Assembly: GCA_002633005.1 (NCBI GenBank)
Contig: NMRA01000687.1
Location: forward strand, 1-64,000
Direction: 5' to 3'
DNA length: 64,000 bases
DNA from: Phoronis australis
Taxonomy: Eukaryota; Animalia; Phoronida
In this document: piece after piece, positions 13,558 to 25,771 of the stretch
How positions within the stretch are numbered: the first letter of the stretch is position 1
How the letters are laid out: every line of letters begins with the position of its first letter
Notes under the pieces: model-generated
What the model was told of the DNA's origin: nothing
Database searches by the model: none
Seen by the model: the letters and a program-made list of their open reading frames with translations, nothing else
Position numbers and translations under genes: made by a program

Positions 13558-14064
13558 CTTGCGCTAGTTTAAATGTCATTGAGATGGGAGATGGCTGTGC
13601 AATGCCATGGCAGTGTGCTGACTGCTTGAACTGCTAACCTCAGACATAATTCACACTGAGAATGCTGGCTATCAATTCAGCAACACACCTTTTTCATAGT
13701 TGTAAGTTTTAACAGATTGACAATGCTTAATTTTTAACTGTGCTGCCAACTCCAGGTGTTGGCATTTGCTTAATAAAATTAATTGTCTGGCTCAGGATGT
13801 GGAGGGCACCTTTGTGATGGACTGGTCATTGTTATATGAAGACTGCATGTCTGGGTGCCATTGTGATCCATCAGTGAAGTAATTTCTAAGCAGTCTTCCT
13901 TGATGACTCTGCAGATCTACCTTCACCACACTTGCTGGCAGCTCAGTCTAACACCAGGTTCACCCGTTAGAAGTTCTCAAGCATGTCATCCATTTACAAT
14001 TTTGATGATAGTGAGGATGGTGGTGCACATGCTATTAATGGTTCCATCAGCAGTGTCAGTTCAT
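13558..14064 (+). pseudogene. Decayed Cys/His-rich (PHD-finger-like) exon remnants
   Basis: Fragments PWQCADC, LCDG..YEDC and WCTCY*WFHQQC lie near AG acceptors and a GTAAGT donor at 14065; stops and frameshifts are present. Confidence 0.3.
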
Positions 14065-15182
14065 GTAAGTCTTGAATTGTTTGTAATAATCTTGTAATTT
14101 AGTGTCTTCAACATGGGGTGTTAAGGTTATATGAGATCCTAGAAAAAATCATCTTCTCAGAAGTGGCTGGTCGGAATTACATGAAGCTCAGGTTGTACGC
14201 TTTATAAGCTGTTCTCCCAAATGCTGTCAAGAATTTGTTTTAAAGTGTAACACTTTTACACGAGAGGTCATCATAAATAGGACTCGTATTAGTTTATAAA
14301 ACTGTATCACTAACAGTGTCTGCGATTTTATCGTCAACATTTATTTCATACGAAATTAAATCATTTATTGATCATGTTTTGCTATGAATGTACTCTCTTT
14401 TTAATGGATTTCACTACAAAAAGCATTGTCACATGACTTGGTTATTGACAGATTAGTACGAAGTCAAAATTTAAGTTCTACAGAATTTCTTCTTTCAGAA
14501 AACATGTAGATTTACTTTGTTAAATTCTAGAGTTGTGTAGACTTTTGGCTGAATATACAGTAGGTTCCACATAACCTTAAGAATCTTGTATGCGGCTAAA
14601 TCACAATCAAGGTCCACATTCGAGAGTTGACTGTGTTACGGTCTAAAATAATTTTTGGTCACTTACCAGATGCCAACTGAATCTCATTATGCAAAGAGTT
14701 ATTTAGTTGTGCAAATTAAAAAAGAATCATCAAAGTCGGACAATTTTTGAGAAATTTATGCATGTTTTTGTCTAATATGAATTTCATGCATTTTTAGCGT
14801 TACGAGTGGCCACTTTAAAAATAACAATTTTCAACTGTCAAGAGTACAAAAGAAATTTATTTTATCAAGCATTCATTGTTTAGATATGACTGGGAATAAC
14901 CTGAGTCACTTTCAGAGTCAATTAGACGAAGTTGTGCTTAATCATTGAGAAATGTTAGGGTTCATCATAAAACAGGCACTCGTTGTGAAATTTGTAAATT
15001 CTGCATGACCCTCACCTACTGTAAAGAAGGTTAAAAACTAAAGTTCACACTCTGTAACGAAAAGAACTGCAAAATATGTCAACCTAGGCAACACAGCAAA
15101 TTATTCAATATCTAAACAAACCAAAAGTTTGGATATGGAATGGGTTCTGCTATGTTGAATATGGGCCCAAAAGACTACCAAA

Positions 15183-15533
15183 ATGTAGTGTACGTACCCC
15201 AATGTGGAATTCAGTAATACAAATGGTCATTGCAAATGAAGTTATTGCCTTTTAAATAACAACATGGTGCTTATTACCATCAAAAAAAATAAATAGCCAT
15301 ACAACATTATGTTACCATGTGATGCAGAAACAGTGATGTAGTGTACGTAACCCCTTTTGTAGTGTACGTACCCCCATGTTAACAGATGCCATGAAATTAA
15401 AATATCACTTGGTAAGTGAGCAACATTGGTCATGGGCAGTTTCCTTCCTTGAAAAGGTTAGGTTAAAAGAGTGTTTATTGCCAATACATTTGTAGTAAGT
15501 GATATATTAGCATTTGTGTAGTGTACGTACCCC
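15183..15533 (+). repeat. Four spaced copies of TGTAGTGTACGTA(A)CCCC (subterminal repeats of a decayed DNA transposon)
   Basis: Copies near 15184, 15337, 15358 and 15517. Confidence 0.6.
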
Positions 15534-15582
15534 CATATTTTAATTTGTGCCTATTTTCAAAGTATGGCAGATATACACATGA

Positions 15583-15622
15583 ACTAGCCGTTACCCGTGC
15601 TTTCGCACGTGTAACAGCTAGT
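15583..15622. mobile_element. Helitron/Helentron-like terminal hairpin
   Basis: ACTAGCCGTTACCCGTGC-TTTC-GCACGTGTAACAGCTAGT is a near-perfect palindrome ending in CTAG-T. Confidence 0.45.
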
Positions 15623-16890
15623 GGGAAACGCCGAGGAGAAATAGCTACACCTCCCAAGAGTGAATCGATGGAGTGTGTTCATCGTAAGAGACAGGAATAC
15701 TTCTTGAAGAGACCGTGTTCAAAGCTTCAAGCAGAATTTCTGTCACCTAGTAGGCATTTAAGGTGTGCGTCTGTGGTATTCTTCCCCTAGATGCTATAAA
15801 TTTCTTTCCAGAACATTTGACCCCGCCGTAACACAAAGTACGGTAATCAGATATTCTTCATGAAGTTCAAAGTGAAAACTAAGAATGCATTTAAAATATT
15901 GCATAGTACACAAAGTATATAGATGTCAGTGGCGGACTTAGAGGGGGCCAAGGGGGCCATGTCCCCCCATAAAATTATCCCAGCTTCTATTAGGCACTTC
16001 GGGGTTGCGAATGAAGGTAGAATTTAAAAAACTATAGTCAAATCATTATTTTAGCCAAAAAGTTGAGCTACAAAGTCGGAAAAGTTCCTGATCGTTTCAT
16101 TATCGAAATAGCCTGATAATCGGCAAATCGCGAGGCCTCTTCTATCGGTATGTGTGTCACAGGCCTCACCTATAAACAACAACTTCTGTGATTTGTGAAT
16201 TGCTTACTTCGTCTAATTCCGGCTACCTACGGCTAAATATATACTGTTGACATAATGGCAAAGCATGACTGGTCGCATATTCCTAGCTGTAAAGAAAGTA
16301 GCATCTGACAGAAGGGAGCATTCATGTTATTCCAAAGAATGGCAATGTTTTATTCAAGGGACCGTGAATTTATACGGCAAGTTGTATAGCATGTTGTTTT
16401 CTTGCGGATGTGGTGACTGCACTGACTTCGTAGCTTGTTGAGCTGACAATAATACTCGAGCCACAGTCAAGCCTCGAGGTCTTTTCGCATGCAGTATGGT
16501 GGTACGTGTTCACAGACACTTGCAATGAATAATTATTCAAAACTTTTGTGAATGGTTAAGAAACTTTCGTCTGGTGCCAAACATTGTCCAGTGCAAATTC
16601 ATCAACACATTTTTGCTGATGTGTTTTTGTGTTAAGAAACGAGGTGTACATTAGGCATACATGTACATAAGTTCAGTAAGGACATTTTCTATTGATTAAC
16701 AACATTATTCACTACTCTCGTATCTATACGATTATCCATTTCAGTCTCGTTCTCTGGTCTATAGGACGCTTATTCGGGTCTCTACGTTTAATAATTTTCG
16801 AACATTTTCCCCCTGTCCACAATTATTTGTTTCAGGGAGTTCACAATTTTTGTTTCATTGAATACAAATGTGTTACGCAAAAACTTTGCT

Positions 16891-16963
16891 GTTGACACCG
16901 GGTGTCGTACCATGGTCCTTAGACTAAATGAAATCGTTCTAAACCTCTACACCACGAGACGCT
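16891..16963 (-). other. tRNA-derived (SINE-head-like) sequence
   Basis: Minus strand has A-box-like TGGTGTAGAGG and B-box-like GGTACGACACC at tRNA spacing; cloverleaf is degenerate. Confidence 0.4.
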
Positions 16964-17237
16964 CAGTTCAGTGTTTGTAATTGATAAGAGCCCTTAAGGC
17001 CTTTTCAAACTGACTTACCGATAACTCTGGTCTATGCGGAGCGTCGACGTTAACTGCGAATTTAACTAAACCGTTCATACTCCAGGCTTCGATAGTTAAG
17101 GAACATCGAAGTAAACCGCAGGTGACACTGTTGTCATCAAAGTAAACGCTAGGTAGCGCTGCACGCTAAGATTTTTTAATGTGACAATTTGGGAACATTT
17201 ATGTGTGCTAATTGACATATGTACTAATTGACAGTAT

Positions 17238-18185
17238 AAACGTCGACGCATTTGTTCAGAAGAAACTTCCTTTAATAACCGTTTAAAAGAATTCAAGTAC
17301 TATCTAATTCAACGTCATTTCCCCTTACATCGTATACACGAACAGTTTGACAAAGTCCGCTCAATTACTCGAAATGAATCTTTAAGAACTAAAACTAAAG
17401 GCAATACTACTAATAGAATACCATTCATAACTATGTTCAATCCATGTTTAAACGGAATTAGCCACGTCTTCAAAAAACATCTTTCTACGCTGCATGTTTC
17501 CCCTCAAATGAAAAACCTATTTCCTCATCCACCTAGAATTTCTTAGAGAAAATGTAAAAATCTAAAAAATTATTTAGGTAAAGCTAATATCGACAATATA
17601 CACAAAACTGACAAACCCATTGGCAACACACAATGTAACAAAACTAGGTGTAAAATGTGTAACTTCATCAACGATAGCACTTTTTCCAGTCTTCCCAAAC
17701 CAATGAAAACTTTGAAATAAGACATTATTCTGATTGCACCACCAACAATATTATTTACCTTATAACTTGTGAAAAATGTTCTATCCAATACGTAGGACAA
17801 ACTCAACATAATCTACAAACTCGGTTTCGTAATCATAGATTTAACATAGTACATAAAAACATTTCTGATACTATAGGCAATCATTTCAATTCCAAAAACC
17901 ATAATATTCAAGATCTTTCTGTACAAATAATAGAAAAACTCCAACACCCCAGTACCCCTCACAGACTTAAAAGAGAACAATATTGGATAGACAAACTTAA
18001 TACAATAGAACCTCATGGATTGAAAATAAAAACTTCTTAAAATATGTCATTGAATTTTTTACGCAAAAATGTATAATTTTCATTACACCATATCTTATAT
18101 GTCAATTGTCATTTTGTGTTTGATTTTACTTTATTTCTGTTTTTGTTGACAAAGGAAGTTATTACATCCGAAAATTTCAAATTTC
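17238..18185 (+). mobile_element. Penelope-like element (Neptune-type), 5'-truncated: RT C-terminus, Cys linker, GIY-YIG endonuclease and 3' tail
   Basis: RRICSEETSF..RIPFITMFNP..FPHPPRIS*RKCKNLKNYL..CNKTRCKMC..CTTNNIIYLITCEKCSIQYVGQT..RFRNHR..IGNHF..REQYWIDKLNTIEPHGL; stop at 18040; internal stop and frameshift. Confidence 0.9.
18141..18183 (+). ncRNA. Degenerate hammerhead-like motif in the PLE 3' tail
   Basis: TTGACAAA-GGA..TCC-GAAA..TCAAA sits ~100 nt after the GIY-YIG stop, where PLE hammerheads occur. The core deviates from CTGANGA. Confidence 0.4.
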
Positions 18186-18247
18186 AGTTGATCCATTCTT
18201 GTTGTTTTATTTACCGATTTATATTCTTCATTTCATGAAACAATAGT

Positions 18248-18869
18248 ATCCTTGGGAGGATCTGGATCGCCTTTTTACCTACGGAAGTCAACAGGATGCC
18301 CATGAATTTTTACTATGGTTACTGAACCAATGGCACGTAGATACACTTGCTCACAACGCTGATAATGTAACGTCTGAGGTTACTAGTACCTTCCAACACG
18401 TAAAGAAGCAAACTAGGAGTTGTAATAACTGCTCAACAACAAAGGAAAAACACAGAAAGACTGGGAGTTGACCGTCTACCTCCCAACGCTAAGGAAAGAA
18501 ATAACTATGCAGGAGTTGTGCCACAGCTTGTGGACGTCGTTGGACATCGAGGACTTTAGTTGCCCACACTGTAATAGTCTCAGTGGCCAGTTCACATGGT
18601 CATTAGTAAAACCGCCAAAATACCTTTGTATTCATATCTTACGAACCGCGACTAATGGTGAAAAAATCAACACAAAGATTTCCTCGTATGACCTCTCCGG
18701 CTATAAAATAAAAGCAGTCATTGAACACCATGGAAGAAACACGACGGGTGGTCATTACACATGCAGTGTTAAATCGTCAGCATGCGAATGGATAAATTTT
18801 GACGACTCTACAGTCACAAACACATCCAAGCCTCCCCTGGATGCCTACATTGCAATATATGAATTATAA
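18248..18869 (+). pseudogene. Compact intronless ubiquitin-specific protease (peptidase C19) remnant, Cys box missing, one frameshift
   Basis: GSQQDAHEFLLWLLN (QQD box), CNNC and CPHC zinc ribbons, PPKYLCIHILR, YKIKAVIEHHGRNTTGGHYT..WINFDDSTV..AYIAIYE (His box); frameshift near 18450. Confidence 0.85.
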
Positions 18870-18967
18870 ACTTCGACGAGATTTGTATATTTCATTCTTT
18901 TCCTCAGGTGTGCTGATTCCGTATTGTCTTCTGCTGGTATTGTAAGTTCTACTAAAACGATTGGAAT

Positions 18968-19262
18968 ATGATGAGACATAATGAGTCACAAGATTTGGGT
19001 GAAAGAAAGAGAACATATTTTCAACTCACTAGACTCCACAATAAAATCGTTAAATTGCAACGTTTACAAGAAGAGATGAAGCAAAAACAGACGTCGGCAA
19101 AACATACAAACTACCATATATACATACAAACTACCACAACAACTTAAGCGGCTGCCGAAACCAACAAATTCAATGGATGTTTCACTGCCAAAAATTAAAG
19201 AAGTTACAGATATCATTAGAAAAAGACCTACTACATCAGCACCCGGACATGGATTCCATGCA
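18968..19262 (+). mobile_element. Possible R2/HERO-type non-LTR retrotransposon fragment (pre-RT region)
   Basis: LKRLPKPTNSMDVSLPKIKEVTDIIRKRPTTSAPG resembles the P-x-P..D..PK.KEV..SAPG motif at the start of restriction-like-endonuclease-clade RTs; it is preceded by a basic helical stretch. Confidence 0.45.
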
Positions 19263-21239
19263 TAAAGACTCTTGCTCCAAGATACATCAAGTGACATAAC
19301 TACATCCCATCTGAGCCATAATCCTTGTTTGGCACAGCTATACAGATATAAGAGTGTTTTGTTTTCGTCGACTTCCGTTATACGTTTCAGATATATTTTC
19401 TCCGTTACCTAAAGTGTAGGTCATGCGAGCCCGTTAAGCAGACTTTGAAAGGACTTTTCGAGTTTTGTTCCTAATTTTTGAAGTTTCAGGGTATTGCTTT
19501 GTTTCAGAGAACTGAATAGGAAACTTGTTTTTAATAATTCTGTGAAGTATATCCACAATTGGCCTTTTTTACAATATCTCGTGTCTACCAAAATACTTAT
19601 CTTGATTTCGTGGGAACTAGAAGTACAAAATATATACTGTGGTACTGCTCAACCATGTGGATATTTGTTTACTACTTATTCAAGGTCAAAGGTTATGGGG
19701 CGGTCACTGAAATGGAATCTCTCGCCAGGTAAAGAGCAGCAGCAGCTTTATATGTACCCTCCATCTTTCCGTTCACAGAATCACTCAAATAGACTCAATG
19801 AGGTGTACTTATGATGCAACGGTGCCAGGGAAACAGACAAAATATTGTTTTGATCCTAAGGGAGTTGTGCGTCTACAAGCATATGACCTTTGAGAACGAA
19901 CGCTACGATTCACCTCACGCCTCTGTGGTCATGTACAAAGCAAGTTGTGAAAAGAAATAAATCCTCACTTAAATTCCTTAATTCACTAAGTAAATTAAAA
20001 TTTTGCTGATTTGATCTCTTGCTAATGACATCTTTTAACCACCGACTCAATTTTTGTTCTTCATTTCTTATTTGGTTTCGTATCAGTCTCTCGGAACGTG
20101 GCATGTACAGACTATGCGTATAAGAATGAACTGTGACCTACCTCATGGCTGGGAATGATATGTTTTAAGGATAATTAAGATAATTATGCAATGCAAATTC
20201 AGTTGGCATTGTGGGTGAATTTTGAAATAGCTAACATGGTTTAGTCATTTATAATTAATATTGAACAAAAACAAGTTTTCACCAAAGACTGAAATTTTCA
20301 CTTGTCCCAGTTTAATGGGCTTATTATCGGTTCGACTTTATTAGAAGTTAGGAACACGTGTTCTCGAAATCGGCTTGGTTGATTACACCGAAATTTCCAA
20401 ACTTGATATACAGTCATCAATCTCAAAACCTCTGTTACGGTTTTCGATATAAAGGTCTAGTTTTTGCGTATTGTAACAAAGACAAATACAACTTCTATTT
20501 CTTACAAAAATACCTTGATTTGTCATAGAAACCAAAGGAGAAGACTAATCAAAAATCCTTAACAATGTTGTTGAGGTAAATGGTGTAGTTTTCGTTTAAA
20601 AAACGTTTCATTAAAATCAACTGCTACGAATGTACCTTTCTTAAACATAGAGTTTTGACTTTAAAAGGTGTTAACGTAATAATGGTACATAAATACAAAA
20701 CGTAATTTATATTCTCTGGTCTTTTTCTTTCAGATAGTATATACTTTTTTCTAGTTGAAGGTTTGATATAACCTTAATAGGCCAAAACAGGGTTTGGAAT
20801 CCTTTTAAAATTGGAAAGTTTCAGTAACATTCACCGAGCCATTTTCTAGCACTCAATCTCCTACGTTCAGATAAAGTTGATTTGTTGAAGCCGAGAAAAA
20901 GTAGGAAGCGTCAAAATTCTTCAAAATCTGAAGCTTTTCTCTTTATCATTCAGTGAAAACTTGTTTTTTGTCAATATAACCTATACATGCCTTAACCATG
21001 TTCGTTATCTCAACACTCACTGGCAGTGTCAGCTGAATATTTGCACTATTTATTGCTAAAACATATTCAACTTTACAAAAAATTAATATTTACTAGTGAG
21101 GTCTTACATGTCCTTAAATTTTCTGTGGCACCTTTCTATGCTCTATGCCTGGTGGGAAATTCGATTTGAGTCAGTTCAATAACCTTTGAACTTGGTCACA
21201 TTTGTCACAATCAGTCTCAATGCTTGATTTTAATTTTAA

Positions 21240-21852
21240 GAAAGAGCGGGAAAAGTACTATTCGCACAGAAGAAAGGGAAAGGATCAACAAAAATTACGT
21301 ATCTATTATCTTGGATGGAATGGACCAGCAAAAAACGTCCATTCCACACTACCATTATTTACTCAAATATCTTCAAAAGATGCAGAAGCTTCGGACCCTT
21401 CTGACGGGAGCACTGGTACATGGTCATGCCACCTTTTGGTCAGACATAACTGCCAATGTTCTTTTGGCCACGCTGGCAAGCAAGATGTTCTCTACTTGCA
21501 AATGGATAACTGTTGGCGCGAAAATAAAAATATGGTTGTATTTGGACTTAATGCCCTGCTGGTGGAGTTGAAGGTGTTTCGGAAAATCAAAGTTGGCCTT
21601 CTGATGGTTGGTCACACGCATGAAGATGCTGACCAAGTGTTCTCTAGGTTTTTTGAGTACCTAAAACGACACTCGGCTAATTCCCTCCCCAAGCTTATGC
21701 AGTCATTTCGAAACTCTATTCAGCCACCTACCATTTCAAGACATCTCAAGAAGTTATATGGCGTGAGTCAGTGGTTGAAACCTCACTTGAATGTACTGTG
21801 GCAGCACTCTGTTCCACACCAGTTCAAGTTTGAAAGGGATGACATCCAGTGA
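21240..21852 (+). pseudogene. Sola-type (Sola1-like) DDD transposase remnant
   Basis: SIILDGMDQQKT, LTGALVHGH, YLQMDNCWRENKN and LLMVGHTHEDADQVFS are spread over two frames (frameshifted). Confidence 0.75.
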
Positions 21853-22974
21853 GGTGTGGTATACTATTTTTTCTGTCAAAATTTTTAGAAGGACATGGTA
21901 GTATTTGTTATTTTGTATACAGAGTACGCTTAGAGTAATTTTAAAGGGAAATCATTATTTTGTGAACAATAAATGATATGGACTTTATTTTAATTTTTGC
22001 ATGGTAAACTAAGTGTTTTGTAACTTTTTGTATTGACCTCCACAGGTTACCACGTTCAAACCAAATTTAAAAAGTTTCAAAGTAAAAATAGTCACCAGTC
22101 TCAGTATTGAAGTCAGTCCTACTATGAAATGGTGTATTTTAAGTGTTTCAGTCTTATAAACTATGGTTTTCAGAGGCTCTTTGAAATTGTTTCATATGAC
22201 AATTCTTTAACATCTGTTTTTAATGAAACAAAAGGATACAACAACAAAAGTCCTGTTACGGCCGGTTTTCTCAGTATCATCGCCATTTTCACGATTGCAC
22301 AAATCGTACATTTTCCGACCACTCCCCTAAGTACGCATTCCCAACTATTGGTGTTTTTATTAGCCAGAAAGGTGAGCTATCGTCAATCACTAACAAAAAG
22401 AATTAGGGGACAGTCCATATAAAAACCAGTAGATTTTAAAAAATCAGTGTACACGTCAAAATTCAAAGAAACTTCATCTTTTGTACATGGATAATTATCC
22501 TAACAAAAACTTAAATGCTAATTTTTGTGCACTCAATGACCCCTAATTGCGCCGCTGGAGCATGAGACCACAAATTGGCACAATTGGAAATATCCCCAGT
22601 TTCCAAAATCGTATGTTTTCAGTAACGAAAATAAGTAACTTACAAATTAGATTCAAGGCTGTACTTTGGTGGCTGCAATAGATAACCTCTATTGTGCATA
22701 ATTCTGTGTCATTTATTGAAGTCTGACAGCTTTGTGCTAGAAAGGTAGATAATTGACAGACCATTTTTGTGGCGAATTTTGGTGGTCGTTTTTGTGACCT
22801 TCTGACCGCCATATTCGTCTCTGAGTACCAGGGTCACGGCCCCCACGCGGGTTGTGGCGGTAACACCAAGTTCCTTACAAAGTATCTTTTTGATTATTCC
22901 GGCTGATCTGCTCTCTCAGATTGTCCGAAACCTGTTTTGGCAGGTAGCTCTAGCGCAGTTGGCTGTTTAATGTA

Positions 22975-24132
22975 GCCTGTTGGTACTTTATATGATATCT
23001 CTACATTTAGGAGTTTGTACCGATTTGACACTTATTACTGAATTTGCCGTTTTGCTCGACCTACTTGGTAGGCAGTCGACCAATACCCATCTGGCATTAT
23101 GTACACAATTGCTACGACCTGCGCTACTCAGTGTCCGGCTTTCAATTCCACATCGGGTTTTTTTAATGCGCTTGTTTTCTCTTATAATTAGGGAACCCAT
23201 CTCGTACCTTCTGTAAAATAATTGTAAGTCGTGACCCTGAAATTCGTAATACAATAATTATTCTTGTGTCGTTTTATTTGTCCCCAAAATGAGATTGATG
23301 GGACACTGATATAAATCCTGTTATTTAGGCAAATGCCCTTCAGCCTTCATGTGCAACTAATATATAGTTCCGATTGTTCTTTCTAACCAGCCTCCGCTTG
23401 ACCAAGCCTCATGGAACAGTAGAATCACTCGTAAGTTTTTCCCAATTAAACAGTTTCTTACCTATCCCACCCTCTCCAATCTGTGTTGAACAAATCTGGT
23501 GCTGGTTATTGTTGTAATTTTAGCCACTGCTGGTACCTCCTTCAAGCCCGCAGTGTGCTGCCGTCATTTAAGAAAAGACTCCATTGGCTATAGACCAGAT
23601 CTACAATCGAGCGTCCATCACCGCAGATTGCATCTATCGATCCCGGTCACAGCTCTCAGAACACTGTTCACAAATTGCGTCACAATGCAATGTTCATTAC
23701 AAGATCACTTTTTATCACTCTATGGTCTGCTCATTTAGCTTGTCCGGAATCTACTTTGCCAGGTCGTTATAGCCCAGTTGGATGTTTGGTGTATCCACTT
23801 GGTACTTTATATGCTATTTTCCCATTCGTCAGTTTGTATCCATTTGGTATTTATTATTGAGTATTCCGTTTTCCTCGACCCACTTAGTAGGCAGTTGGCC
23901 AATACCCATTTTAGTATTATATACATGTATGCATTTGGTACTACAGAAACTTGTGCCATTTTGTATGCGATACTCAGTTAAATATTGGGTATTTTAAATG
24001 CTTATGTTATCGCTTGTAATTAAGACACCCATCTGGTATCTTCTGTAAAATGATTAATTGTAGAGCCGTGAGTAAACTTACCAATACAATATAAGATATA
24101 TATTACTCTTGTGCTGATATTCTTGTCCCCAA
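22975..24132 (+). repeat. Two diverged ~320-bp direct repeats ~820 bp apart
   Basis: 22975-23290 vs 23795-24132 share TTGGTACTTTATATG, CTCGACC.ACTT.GTAGGCAGT.G.CCAATACCCAT, CTTCTGTAAAAT and TTGTCCCCAA. Confidence 0.75.
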
Positions 24133-25043
24133 TAATCAAAACTCACTCGAGAAAAACTCTCCTAACGGTCTCTCAGAAATCATACACAAGATGTTGGGGG
24201 TAATTTCTATACCTGATTTAAAAGTACGTGATGTGACCGTAATTACAAGACTAATCGATTCCCAGCAGATATGCAATTGGAAATAAAAAATAAAAACAGC
24301 TCCAAAACTCTCTTTACCTTGGCAATCACCCTACAACATGACAAGAGGAAGCTTTCCATATATTTTAGTACCTTTATCGCTTACAGTGTATTTTTGCTGT
24401 TCATTTGCCCTTTCGCCTTGTTTTTGAAACAGATGTTTCGATGTCAGCGTCACCACCAGTCTTGTCTCTAAGTAAATAAACAATGCATGAGTACATTTTA
24501 TGACGCCCTGAATGAATATCCGAATTGAGTCAATATCTTTGAGAAAGATTCTAGATTTGAAAAAACGTCTGATATACTTCTTAATTATGGGAAGCTGATG
24601 ATTTAGATCTTCCCAATTTCAGCTTGCATTTAAGTTCATTGAATTAAGCGTCATGCATTCTTACAAAACTCTTAAAAGACGAGCTTCTAACTGCCTAAAC
24701 TAATCTACGATTCTGTCGATAGTCGTAGAATAAGCGCACATTTAATCAAGCAACCAACAAATTCGTTGTTTATCAAAACAGAATATTAAACCAATATTCG
24801 AAGGTGCGCTCGTAGATTTTTGACGGGCAACAGGGGAAACATAGAGGACACGGCATCCCACAACGTTTGGGATTTCGCCCAGAAATTTTCGGAATTTATT
24901 CGTATTTTGGTTCATCCTACAGTTGGCTGTTACGATTGATGAGTTCAACTCGAGCTTTAAAATCGCTGAAATACTTTTATTACTGTCAGAACATTTACTG
25001 TACAGTGCTTTAAGTACCTTAATGCGTTAGACATGTTCACTGT

Positions 25044-25771
25044 CACGGGTAAGAAACAACATGACCGCTGGATCCAAAACATCATCGCAAGTCCTCCAAA
25101 TCAGGCTGACTCACTACAAAATAGGACCTATGGGGATCATATGAGACTGTCACACCAGATAATGGAACTGACGCACCTAAAAACAAGACCGCCGAAAAAA
25201 TGTAGTTATCAATGATACTGCATTGTTTCATGTAACCCGCCAGCTAGCTGTATGAAGTCAATCCCCAAAATACAGCCTGGTAGCCCGTGCGTTTAGCCCC
25301 GTCAGACCCCGAAATTTAATACAGCCCGGGTGGTTCTGCTCGCCACCTGCAGAACTAACGACCGGAGGAGGTGCATGCAAAATCTGGGAATCAACCGAAA
25401 CTCACCTTGCCCGTTGCAGCCGTTTGAGTGAAAAACAAATTTAATGAACGTCATGTTCTTGCATAATTTTTTGCCTTTTGTAACAAAAAATCTGTCGCGC
25501 TCGATTCATAAGGTGCATAAGACCTGCACGTAGGCCTACACTGTCAAATGACGGGTCATAAAACTTAGCCTGCCTGTCATTGCAGTCAAAAAATAATCCA
25601 CGGGTATCATGTTCAGTCTCCGGCGGTCCTGTTTTTGGTGGAGCGGTCATGTTTTTAGGTGAGTCGGTCCCATTTTCTGCTGCGGCGGTCCCATTTGATC
25701 CCCGTAGTTCCTGATTTGTTCTGATTCGGTCCGTTTTGGAGGACTGGCGGTCATGTTGTTTCTCACCCATT
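25044..25771. mobile_element. MITE with long imperfect TIRs (CAC-type end, EnSpm/CACTA-like)
   Basis: CACGGGTAAGAAACAACATGACCGC vs GCGGTCATGTTGTTTCTCACCCAT; inverted similarity extends inward for over 100 bp. Confidence 0.7.

Noticed and set aside
14240-14818. Possible second TTAA-flanked Kolobok MITE
   Set aside because: The TIR match (AGTG..CACT) is short and needs an indel, so it could be chance in AT-rich DNA.
16828-16895. GVHNFCF as the missing USP Cys box
   Set aside because: It lacks the GNxC spacing and downstream N..LQ.L pattern.
19400-22056. Putative TIRs bounding the Sola remnant
   Set aside because: Only a 9/10 internal match (GTG.AGGTCA); outer bases disagree and there is no TSD.
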